This document shows positions 1 through 8,838 of a DNA stretch of 32,000 nt, in pieces. A program made the position numbers and the translations under genes. Source of the DNA: Candidatus Saccharimonadota bacterium (GTDB lineage: Bacteria; Patescibacteriota; Saccharimonadia; Saccharimonadales; Saccharimonadaceae); NCBI GenBank assembly GCA_023898645.1, contig CP060232.1, positions 330,001 through 362,000 of the forward strand. The letters run 5' to 3'. The notes beneath the pieces are model-generated. The model saw only the letters and a list, made by a program, of their open reading frames with translations. It did no database searches and was not told where the DNA came from. How positions within the stretch are numbered: position 1 is the stretch's first letter; every line of letters begins with the position of its first letter.

Positions 1-284
1 CCTTTTAGGAAGGAGCATTCTAAATCGACAGAGTCGAGTCGGCCGAATTGCTTAGCGGCTTTCCGGATATGGGGTGGAACAAAAATTTTGTATGGCAATT
101 CTGCATTGCGGAAATTAAAGGTATGGAGGATGACATCGGCTTGCCTGTCTGAGTCGAGTGTTTGTTTGAACAGTTCTAATTTATCGGCAAGATCAACTTC
201 ATAGGCCGCTAGTAAGTTCTCTGGAGTAGTAGTTTCTGCTTCAGTTGGGCTTGTATTGAAATCGGGAATCTCCGAGCCGCTCAT
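1..284 (-). CDS. Hypothetical protein, N-terminal part only (ORF runs off the left window edge)
   Basis: I translated the minus strand by hand from the ATG at 284..282. It gives 94 codons with no stop (MSGSEIPDFNTSPTEAETTTPENLLAAYEVDLADKLELFKQTLDSDRQADVILHTFNFRNAELPYKIFVPPHIRKAAKQFGRLDSVDLECSFLK...). It is absent from the ORF track because it has no in-window stop. No family recognised. Confidence 0.4.
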   Translation of the reverse strand, partial: MSGSEIPDFNTSPTEAETTTPENLLAAYEVDLADKLELFKQTLDSDRQADVILHTFNFRNAELPYKIFVPPHIRKAAKQFGRLDSVDLECSFLK

Positions 285-380
285 ATTAGCCGCATGTTAC
301 CATGTTTTTTACATTAAAGAAACCATAGGTGTTATTAGACTAGCCACCATAAGCGCGACTAGTATATAATAGGTGCAATC

Positions 381-1649
381 ATGGTTCTCAATAAATTACG
401 TACCGTGCGACAACATATGTCTTCTGACCAAGACTATATAGTTGGTCTTGATATTGGTACCGAGTTCGTCAAGGCACTGATTGCTAAGGTCAAGGGTGAA
501 GAACTTGAGATTGTTGGCGTTGGGCGTGCTCGTCAGAATGTTAGCGACATGCATAGTGGCGCAATCGCTGATATCGCCGGCGTTGTTCGCAATTGCGAAG
601 ACGCACTTGCACAGGCAGAAGACCAAGCTGGCATGCAGGCTAAAAAGGCGGTTATAGGTATAGCAGGCGAGTTGGTTAAAGGTTTAACTAATACAATTAA
701 GTATCGCAGGCCACAGCCCGACAAGCCACTCGACGTCAATGAAATGCAGTTCATCATAGAAAAGGTACAAGAGCGGTCGCAGGTAAAGGCGCAGCGGCAG
801 ATTGCCCTCGAAACAGGCAATGAAGACGTCGAAGTTAAGTTGGTCAACAGTGCGCTCGTTAGTATCCATATAGATGGCTACAAGGTGTCTAATCCAATCG
901 GATTTCAAGGCAAGGACGTTTCGGTGCAGATTTACACGGCCTTTGCGCCAATGGTGCACATTGGAGCGCTCGAACGAGTAGCGGAAGATTTGGCGTTGGA
1001 GCTGGTCGCGGTGGCAGCCGAGCCGTTTGCAGTCAGTCGTAGTGTGCTCGGTACAGATGCCAACAGTACGTTTACGGCAATTCTGGCCGACGTCGGCGGT
1101 GGTACTACAGACATAGCTGTAGTAAACGATGGCGGAGTTGAAGGCACCGAAATGTTTGGTATAGGGGGCCGCAGCTTTACGCGGACAATCATGACCGACA
1201 TGGATCTTAGTTATAATGACGCCGAAAAATTAAAAATACACCTAGGCAACGAACAAGTGAAAGAAAGTGTCAAAAAGCAGGCAATGGCCGCTGTCGACAA
1301 AACGTTGGACGTTTGGCTTTCCGGCGTTGAACTAGCGCTCAGCGAATTTGACTCCGTTGATCATTTGCCGAGTCGCATTTTACTCTGCGGCGGTGGCGCT
1401 AGCCTGGAACCACTCATGGAAGCCCTGAGTAAGCGCGATTGGTACAAAGATTTACCATTTACCAAGCGACCGACAGTTCATCGCATTAAGCCGTCGGAAG
1501 TCGTAGGCATTACCGACACGACGGGTACTGTAACTGATCATACATTCATAACCGCAATGGGGCTTTTGCGGGTTGGCTATGATACAATTATGGGCAGCAG
1601 CGACGGCGATAGCCTCAAGGAAAAAGTTAATCGCATACTGAGAATTTAA
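381..1649 (+). CDS. ftsA: FtsA-like actin/HSP70-fold cell-division ATPase
   Basis: 422 aa. It has the N-terminal phosphate-1 motif VGLDIGTEFVKA and the ADVGGGTTDIAVV phosphate-2 motif, and is collinear with FtsA/PilM-type actin homologues. The C-terminal LKEKVNRILRI could be an amphipathic membrane-targeting helix. I cannot fully exclude PilM. Confidence 0.75.
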   Translation: MVLNKLRTVRQHMSSDQDYIVGLDIGTEFVKALIAKVKGEELEIVGVGRARQNVSDMHSGAIADIAGVVRNCEDALAQAEDQAGMQAKKAVIGIAGELVKGLTNTIKYRRPQPDKPLDVNEMQFIIEKVQERSQVKAQRQIALETGNEDVEVKLVNSALVSIHIDGYKVSNPIGFQGKDVSVQIYTAFAPMVHIGALERVAEDLALELVAVAAEPFAVSRSVLGTDANSTFTAILADVGGGTTDIAVVNDGGVEGTEMFGIGGRSFTRTIMTDMDLSYNDAEKLKIHLGNEQVKESVKKQAMAAVDKTLDVWLSGVELALSEFDSVDHLPSRILLCGGGASLEPLMEALSKRDWYKDLPFTKRPTVHRIKPSEVVGITDTTGTVTDHTFITAMGLLRVGYDTIMGSSDGDSLKEKVNRILRI

Positions 1650-1652
1650 ATT

Positions 1653-3320
1653 ATGCAAAAGAAGGCAGTCATATACATCGATGTCGAAGACGACATCACG
1701 GCAATTATCGGCAAAGTTAAAGATGCCAAGGAAAAAATTGTTGCTCTCGTACCGCCGAAACGGACGGGCATGCTTCAGAGTGCCGTCAACTTACGGCTGC
1801 TTGCGCGGACTGCCGACAATGCAGGTAAGCGCCTAGTACTCATAACAAGTAGCAGCGCTCTCGCTAGTTTGGCTGCAAGTGCTAAAATACCTGTCGCTAA
1901 AACCTTACAGTCTCCACCCAGGCTTGCAGATGCGCAAGACTCAAGCAGCAGCAAAAGCGATAGCGATGACGACGTAATTGACGGCGGCGATTTGCCAGTT
2001 GGTGATCATGCCGGTATCAAAGACGAAGAAGAGGAGGAAATCATCGTCCCCGAAGATCTTGAAAGTCTCGACATGAACAGTGACGTTAAGCCCAAAAAGG
2101 CTGACGTTGACGACAAGAAGAAATCACGCGTGAAGGTGCCTGATTTTGGCATGTTTCGCAAAAAAATGGCCTTTGGTGCCGTCGGTGGCGTACTGCTTAT
2201 TGCGTTTTTGGTTTGGGCGAACGTAGTCGCTCCGCATGCAACGGTCATTGTCAGTGCTAAAACGTCGGCCGTCGACATCAAAACTACTCTTTCAATCGGC
2301 GATTCATTGTCTAACGATGCAACCAAGAATACGCTTTCGTCAATCACTCAGACAGACAAGCAAACGCAGAGCGTTAGTTTCGATGCGACAGGCAAGAAAG
2401 ACGTTGGTACGAAAGCGAGTGGAACGGTTGTATTCGAAAACTGCCAGTCTGCAAATGATGTCACTGTCAACTCAGGTACATACCTTAGTGTTAACGGGCT
2501 AAACTACATAGCGCAATCGACAGTTGTTGTGCCTGGCGGTAAAGACACTAACTCAGATTTTAAATGTGATACGCCTGGTGAGTCAGCGCCAGTTAATGTT
2601 GTCGCAGAAGATGTTGGCGACACGTATAATACGACCGCAGGAACAACTTTTGCTGTGGCTGGTTATGACAGCACTATGTCGGCTACTTCGACAGACGGTA
2701 TTGCAGGGGGCGAGAAACACCAGGCAACAGTTGTCAGTGCCAGCGATGTTCAGTCGGCACTCGAGCAGCTTAAACAGCAAAATACTGATGATGAGAAAAA
2801 GAAATTACAGGCTAAATTTAGTAACGACATCGTGTTGATTGACGATAGCCTCTCTACTGTAGATGGCACTCCTAAATTAACTCCGGGTATTGGTGAAGAA
2901 GTGAAGTCTGGCCAAGCTAAATTAACTGCCGACATTACTTATTCCTTGATGGGCGTTTCTAAGAGCTCTCTCGAAAGCTACTTGAGCACCGCCATTGGAC
3001 AGCAGCTTAACGGCGACAAGTCAAAGCGCATTTATGATACCGGCGTCTCGACAGTTAAGTTCTCTAATTTCCAGGCTGCATCTGGTAAAAAGCCTGCTAC
3101 TATCGACATGACTGGCACGGGTCAGGTCGGGTTAAAGATTGACGATGGCGAGATTAAAAGTCAGGTCGGAGGCAAACTTTCTGGCGAAGCTATCGATAGT
3201 CTCAAAAAAATCGACGGCGTTAACGATGTTAGTGTCAATCTGTCACCGTTCTGGGTGCAATCCATACCGAACGATCCTAATAAAATAACGATTCAATTTA
3301 GACTTATAAAGAATGGTTAG
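1653..3320 (+). CDS. Bitopic membrane protein of unknown function, with a cytoplasmic N-domain, acidic linker, one TM helix and a large ectodomain
   Basis: 555-aa ORF starting 3 nt after the ftsA-like stop. It has an acidic/Ser-rich linker (SSSSKSDSDDD...EEEEE) and a single hydrophobic helix (FGAVGGVLLIAFLVWANVVAP). The roughly 360-aa Thr/Ser/Gly-rich ectodomain contains ASGTVVFEN...VPGG...VNVVAEDVGDTYN, which is loosely reminiscent of baseplate-J-like domains. That resemblance is not verifiable here. Confidence 0.7.
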   Translation: MQKKAVIYIDVEDDITAIIGKVKDAKEKIVALVPPKRTGMLQSAVNLRLLARTADNAGKRLVLITSSSALASLAASAKIPVAKTLQSPPRLADAQDSSSSKSDSDDDVIDGGDLPVGDHAGIKDEEEEEIIVPEDLESLDMNSDVKPKKADVDDKKKSRVKVPDFGMFRKKMAFGAVGGVLLIAFLVWANVVAPHATVIVSAKTSAVDIKTTLSIGDSLSNDATKNTLSSITQTDKQTQSVSFDATGKKDVGTKASGTVVFENCQSANDVTVNSGTYLSVNGLNYIAQSTVVVPGGKDTNSDFKCDTPGESAPVNVVAEDVGDTYNTTAGTTFAVAGYDSTMSATSTDGIAGGEKHQATVVSASDVQSALEQLKQQNTDDEKKKLQAKFSNDIVLIDDSLSTVDGTPKLTPGIGEEVKSGQAKLTADITYSLMGVSKSSLESYLSTAIGQQLNGDKSKRIYDTGVSTVKFSNFQAASGKKPATIDMTGTGQVGLKIDDGEIKSQVGGKLSGEAIDSLKKIDGVNDVSVNLSPFWVQSIPNDPNKITIQFRLIKNG

Positions 3321-3714
3321 CCTCATCTCCCTGGACGTCGGTACCAAACGAATAGGGGTGGCAGTGGCAGACACTATCGTGCCTATTGCGTCACCGCTTA
3401 CTACGGTCGTTGTTGATGGTACTGAACTTGAAGTTATAAAAAATATTATTAAAGAGAGAGCAGTTGAAAAAGTTGTTGTTGGCTATCCACGCAATCAATC
3501 GGGTGATCCTACTGAGCAGACTACAGTCAGCGAGGCGTTTGGCAATAAACTGCAAGACGTCGTTGAGGTTGTGTACCAGGATGAATCCGTCACCAGTGTC
3601 GCTGCCGAAAATTTACTAAAGACAAGCGGTAAACCATACGGCAAAGGCGATATAGACGCGCTGGCGGCTTCAATCATCTTGCAAGACTACTTGGAGGCTA
3701 ACCATGCAGCCTAA
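3313..3714 (+). CDS. ruvX: Putative pre-16S rRNA nuclease / Holliday-junction-resolvase-like YqgF (RuvX)
   Basis: 133 aa. It has the characteristic N-terminus ISLDVGTKRIGVAVAD and the later VVGYPRNQSGDPTEQT motif of the YqgF family. Its ATG overlaps the upstream stop (ATGGTTAG). Confidence 0.85.
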   Translation: MVSLISLDVGTKRIGVAVADTIVPIASPLTTVVVDGTELEVIKNIIKERAVEKVVVGYPRNQSGDPTEQTTVSEAFGNKLQDVVEVVYQDESVTSVAAENLLKTSGKPYGKGDIDALAASIILQDYLEANHAA

Positions 3715-4909
3715 TGGCAGACGTTCAATTGATGGGTTTCAGCGACAGCGCCCAGCTCAAAACCCTGAGAGTAAAACTACGCAAAAGCGTCAACCGGAAT
3801 ATAGGCCTGACCATGAATTACCTGCGCCTAAGCCGACGCCAACCCTGCCTAAGTACGATACTCTTTCGCTTCCGAAACCGTCCAAATCGCATCGTATACG
3901 AAGATGGATACTTGCCGGTGTTGCAGTGCTCATTGCAGCTCTCGTCGTCATTTTCATCATGGCATTTGCGTGGTATAGGCAAGAGCTTACTCCTGTTTCG
4001 ACAGACACGACAAAGCGTGTTAGAGTGACGATTCCCGTCGGTGCGAGTCCGACCGCTATAGGTCAGGAGCTTAAAAAGGACGGCATTATTAGAAATGAGA
4101 TTGCGTTTTCCATTTACATTAAACTTTCGGGAACTGAAAACAAGCTAAAAGCAGGTGTATATAGCCTCCAGCCTAGCCTTTCTACGCCGGCGACAGTCGA
4201 TCACTTGGTTTCTGGCAAGACCGATACATTTAACGTGACGTTTCTACCCGGTGACACATTAGCGAATAATCGAAAACTCCTACTGGGACTGGGGTATAGT
4301 ACACAGCAAGTCGATTCGGCGCTGAGCAAGACGTACGATAGCCCGCTCTTTGCTACAAAGCCGGCGAACGCTGATCTAGAGGGGTATTTCTACGGTGAGA
4401 CGATTCAATTTGACTACTCGGCATCAGTAGACGTTATCCTTGAGAGATTCTTTAGTGAGTTCGAAAATTATGTTTCAACCAATAAGCTTGTTCCTGCTTT
4501 CAAAAAACAAGGTCTGACGCTTTACCAGGGGATTACACTCGCATCAATCGTACAGCGAGAAGTGGCGATAAAAGACATGCCGGCCGTCGCTAGAGTGTTC
4601 CTAAATCGTTTGAAAGCCGGTATGACGCTTGGTTCGGACGTGACGTATCAATACGCCGCCAAAAAACTTGGCGTTGCGCCTAGCCCTAGCCTCGACTCCC
4701 CGTACAATACTCGCAAATACGCAGGCTTGCCACCCGGTCCGATTGCTACACCTGGCAATAGCGCCTTGCTTGCCGTGGCTCACCCAGCTAACAACGATTA
4801 CTTGTTTTTCTTAAGCGGAGACGACGGCGTAACGTACTTTTCTAAAACAGAAGAAGGCCACCAGCAAAACGTGACGCAACACTGTCAAAAAAAGTGCTTA
4901 ATACCTTAA
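3704..4909 (+). CDS. mltG: Endolytic murein transglycosylase MltG (YceG-like)
   Basis: 401 aa with an N-terminal disordered region and a TM helix (WILAGVAVLIAALVVIFIMAFAW). The YceG domain shows LASIVQREV, GSDVTYQY, YNTRKYAGLPPGPIATPG and FFLSGDDGVTYFSKT. Confidence 0.85.
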   Translation: MQPNGRRSIDGFQRQRPAQNPESKTTQKRQPEYRPDHELPAPKPTPTLPKYDTLSLPKPSKSHRIRRWILAGVAVLIAALVVIFIMAFAWYRQELTPVSTDTTKRVRVTIPVGASPTAIGQELKKDGIIRNEIAFSIYIKLSGTENKLKAGVYSLQPSLSTPATVDHLVSGKTDTFNVTFLPGDTLANNRKLLLGLGYSTQQVDSALSKTYDSPLFATKPANADLEGYFYGETIQFDYSASVDVILERFFSEFENYVSTNKLVPAFKKQGLTLYQGITLASIVQREVAIKDMPAVARVFLNRLKAGMTLGSDVTYQYAAKKLGVAPSPSLDSPYNTRKYAGLPPGPIATPGNSALLAVAHPANNDYLFFLSGDDGVTYFSKTEEGHQQNVTQHCQKKCLIP

Positions 4910-4960
4910 TTTTTCACAATTTGTGACATATTTGACATGAAATCTATACAAAATCATTTA

Positions 4961-4989
4961 TTGACATAATTTGCAACAAAGCGTAAACT
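4961..4989 (+). promoter_or_regulatory. Candidate sigma70-type promoter (TTGACA-17 nt-TAAACT)
   Basis: TTGACA at 4961-4966, a 17-nt spacer, and TAAACT at 4984-4989. Two further TGACAT copies lie just upstream (4923-4928 and 4934-4939). Confidence 0.45.
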
Positions 4990-5302
4990 GGTTTCAGCAC
5001 ATTTATTCCTTCAATACCTAACGTACCAATGATACGAATGACAGCGTATCGGGTATATGCGAGAGTAATTGTAAGGTGTAAATGAGCCTACCGACAAATG
5101 TCGTACGGGTGCGTCAACAAACTTTCAAATAATATTAATTAATATGAAATTGGTCGACACGCGCCCCTTTCCCACCGTCCAATTGCGAGATGGCGAGAAG
5201 AAAGACAGAGTAAGGTAGAGCCCTTGTAGTAATACAGGCGGCAGGAGAACGATAATTCGTAATCAATCAGTTACGGATGGCGAGATATCGTCAGTCGCCC
5301 GC
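4990..5302 (+). promoter_or_regulatory. Long 5' leader of the LysM-CHAP hydrolase gene; possible cis-regulatory RNA
   Basis: About 310 nt lie between the best promoter and the ATG at 5303, with no credible ORF. It contains the hairpin GATACG..CGTATC (5031-5050), the 14-nt AT palindrome ATATTAATTAATAT (5132-5145), and a duplicated GATGGCGAGA (5189-5198 and 5276-5285). Confidence 0.35.
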
Positions 5303-6403
5303 ATGAAGAGTAAGATTCTTCCTAGTGGAAAGCGTCGAAAGACAAGCAGACCTAAATTAAGTGTATTTGCAGCCTATGGCGGCGTTTTTGTGCTTATCAT
5401 TACCGTAGTCACTATTGGCTACCAGTCTCCACAGCCGTCTGCAGCTGGTGCTACCGTTGCGAACGCGGCGGTCCAGGTACAGTCACCGGTCGCTACTCCT
5501 GAATCAGGCACGCCATCGGTCGACCAGTTAGTTGCCACTAATGTCGCTGCTGGCCTTGCCGAACAGACAAATATGCCTGTTTCTGCCTATGTCGCCAACA
5601 TGTCACAGTCTCTTGCTGCCAAGGATGAGCTCGCCCAGACGAGCGACAGCGCCATTGTAAAGCCACAGATAGTCCAGCCAACGGTTGGTAGCCGTGGTAT
5701 AACCACTTACGTCGTCAAACAGGGCGACAGTCTATTGTCGATTGCTTCTAATTTCGGTTTAACGACTCAAACGATTCGCTGGGCTAACAACATGACAAGC
5801 GATTCCGTGGCTGTAGGCAAGAAACTCGTTATTCCACCTGTGAACGGAGTCATTTATAGCGTGCGATCTGGCGATACGATTGCAGGCGTTGCTGCGACTT
5901 ATAGCGCGAACAAAAATCGAGTTGTTTCATATAATAACCTGGAGCTTGGTGGTTTGAAGCCTGGTATTAAAATCGTAATTCCAGACGGAACTCTCCCTGT
6001 TGAACTACGTCCTGGCTATGTGGCGCCTGTGAGCGCGCCAGTGCTAGCACCCTCGACCTTCTATTCGGGTGGTAACGGCTACGCGTTTGGTAACTGTACT
6101 TGGTATGCGTATGCGCGACGTACACAACTTGGACTTCCTGTCGGCAGTAACTGGGGTAATGCCAATACTTGGGATGATTACGCTAGAGCGGCAGGCTTCT
6201 TGGTCAACTCTCGGCCGACTAAGGGTGCGATTCTTGTCGATAACAGTGGCTGGTATGGTCACGTTGCCGTTGTCGAAAGTGTTGCGGCGAACGGTAACAT
6301 TGTCGTCAGTGAGATGAACAACTACGCTTACGGCGGGTTCAATATCGTGGATCGCAGGACTATCACAGCCGGTCAGGCAGCAGCTTACATCTATATTCAC
6401 TAG
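5303..6403 (+). CDS. Secreted or anchored peptidoglycan hydrolase with two LysM domains and a C-terminal CHAP domain
   Basis: 366 aa with an N-terminal basic region and TM/signal segment (LSVFAAYGGVFVLIITVVTIG). There are two LysM repeats (YVVKQGDSLLSIASNFGLTTQTIRWANN...; YSVRSGDTIAGVAATYSANKNRVVSYNN...). The CHAP signature is FGNCTWYAYARR...GHVAVVESV...SEMN. Confidence 0.85.
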   Translation: MKSKILPSGKRRKTSRPKLSVFAAYGGVFVLIITVVTIGYQSPQPSAAGATVANAAVQVQSPVATPESGTPSVDQLVATNVAAGLAEQTNMPVSAYVANMSQSLAAKDELAQTSDSAIVKPQIVQPTVGSRGITTYVVKQGDSLLSIASNFGLTTQTIRWANNMTSDSVAVGKKLVIPPVNGVIYSVRSGDTIAGVAATYSANKNRVVSYNNLELGGLKPGIKIVIPDGTLPVELRPGYVAPVSAPVLAPSTFYSGGNGYAFGNCTWYAYARRTQLGLPVGSNWGNANTWDDYARAAGFLVNSRPTKGAILVDNSGWYGHVAVVESVAANGNIVVSEMNNYAYGGFNIVDRRTITAGQAAAYIYIH

Positions 6404-6446
6404 TAGTCGTTTGATCTTGTTCGGCGCAAAGACTATAAAATAATAA

Positions 6447-7781
<1,335 letters not shown>

Positions 7782-7789
7782 AATAAAAC

Positions 7790-8114
7790 TGATATGTGGG
7801 GTATTTAAACCGGTACCATATTCAGTGGCTGTTGGTTCGTTGCATGAAATGTGACGGATGAAAATCGTTGACTAACAGCCTATAAACTTCCCGGAGGTTG
7901 TCGACCGCTGAGCTAATCGCGAGAATCGACGATCATGAGGGAGAACCCCCGCAGGGTTACGAGAAAACAGTTGCTACGAGGGTAGACGAGTAGGTAAGGA
8001 AACTTACCGATAAGGAATACTCGTCTGCTCACACTGCTTTCCGTACCCTGCGGGGCAAACTACTTCTCAAGCTCAATGCTTGAAATGGGCGACCAAATGG
8101 TCGCCCTTATTTTA
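7790..8114 (+). ncRNA. Candidate structured ncRNA of about 320 nt, class unassigned
   Basis: No plausible ORF. A long-range helix pairs 7946-7961 with 8042-8055 (about 15 bp with one bulge). It encloses helix 7985-7992/8018-8025 and a GGTAAG-GAAA-CTTACC GNRA hairpin (7993-8008). A separate helix pairs 7827-7833 with 7874-7880. The unit ends in an intrinsic terminator. Confidence 0.45.
8087..8114 (+). terminator. Rho-independent terminator
   Basis: GGGCGACC-AAAT-GGTCGCCC stem-loop (8087-8106) followed by TTATTTTA. Confidence 0.7.
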
Positions 8115-8126
8115 TAGCAAAATATA

Positions 8127-8155
8127 TTGACAAAGTAATACTATAGTGATATAGT
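8127..8155 (+). promoter_or_regulatory. Near-consensus sigma70 promoter (TTGACA-17 nt-TATAGT)
   Basis: TTGACA at 8127-8132, a 17-nt spacer, and TATAGT at 8150-8155. It lies immediately after the previous terminator. Confidence 0.6.
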
Positions 8156-8161
8156 AATAAT

Positions 8162-8811
8162 GAAAATCAGTTGAGATATGTAATAGATCCTGATTGGAAC
8201 ATTGAAAAACTGAACATGTTTTACTCGTATCGAGGATCGCTTTTTGTGCATAGTTCGTGCACAGTAAGCGACCCTCGAAAGTGAGTGGGTTGCATGAAGA
8301 TGGAAAACCCTCGAAAGGAGCAGGATGCTTCGATTGATCGTTTACGATAGTAGTTGCTCTACGTAGCAACCTGACTGGTTGATCGGAACTTCCTCGTAGT
8401 GAAGTTTCGTCGTAATAATAGGGTTTTGGCGGTTGGAAAGCATTTCCGCGCCATTGGTGTAGACCCCCTGGCTGACTTCTGAGCCTCTAGAACCGGTACT
8501 AAGATTTCCGGGGATACGTTCGAAGCAGTATTGCAAAATGCAACCATTCACGGAGTACAACTTCATACAGTACAACTTAATATAGTTGGGGGCTGCGGTA
8601 CGGTATTGCCTTGCCGCCCCCCATAAACTTCTGCCTCGGCCAGCCTAGGGCTCGCCTTGAGGACGCAGCAAGAGGATGTGCTATGCCAGTTGAAGGAGCG
8701 CCCATTTCGTATGGTGTAGAAGTCGGATTACCGACGGAATCTCCTTTCTCGCGTAGTGCATATGTATGTTCAGCTTTTTTACCCCGCCCTCGTGGCGGGG
8801 TTTTCGCTTTC
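8162..8811 (+). ncRNA. Candidate large structured ncRNA of about 650 nt, class unassigned
   Basis: Bounded by its own promoter and a strong terminator. Only short, non-ATG, low-quality ORFs occur on either strand. Many helices are visible: 8231-8242/8266-8277 enclosing 8246-8250/8258-8262; 8353-8358/8365-8370; a GC-rich helix 8588-8598/8614-8622; and 8722-8735. Direct repeats are ACCCTCGAAAG (8271 and 8307) and AGTACAACTT (8554 and 8569). Confidence 0.5.
8782..8811 (+). terminator. Rho-independent terminator
   Basis: CCCCGCC-CTCGT-GGCGGGG stem-loop (8782-8800) followed by TTTTCGCTTTC. Confidence 0.75.
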
Positions 8812-8838
8812 TCGAACTAATCCGTTATTATAGGAGGA

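Noticed and set aside
3714-4028. A 104-aa plus-strand ORF inside mltG in an alternative frame. Similar internal or antisense ORFs occur within ftsA, uvrA, obg, sbcB and others.
   Set aside because: They are embedded in well-supported conserved genes and have no independent signals.
4990-5302. A ydaO-type c-di-AMP riboswitch upstream of the LysM-CHAP hydrolase.
   Set aside because: The genomic context is suggestive, but I could not locate the conserved blocks I recall for that class (GGGGACCCA, GGGGUGAAUCC, CCGAACCCG..AGCUAACC). It is not called.
7790-8811. I considered whether the two noncoding units are RNase P RNA, tmRNA, SRP/4.5S RNA or 6S RNA.
   Set aside because: I could not find the RNase P P4 strands (GGAAAGUCC / ACAGAA..GGCUUA), a tmRNA 5' GGGG..UUCGAC with a 3' T-arm-ACCA and alanine-rich tag frame, or the SRP GGAAG..AGCA domain IV motif. 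The identity is left open rather than asserted, and a covariance-model scan is needed.
8112-8820. Track ORFs inside the obg-sbcB gap: 8112..8369 (-), 8342..8575 (-), 8359..8547 (-) and 8611..8820 (+).
   Set aside because: They are short, overlap each other, and lack ATG/SD contexts. The plus-strand one reads through an intrinsic terminator hairpin. The region is better explained as noncoding RNA.
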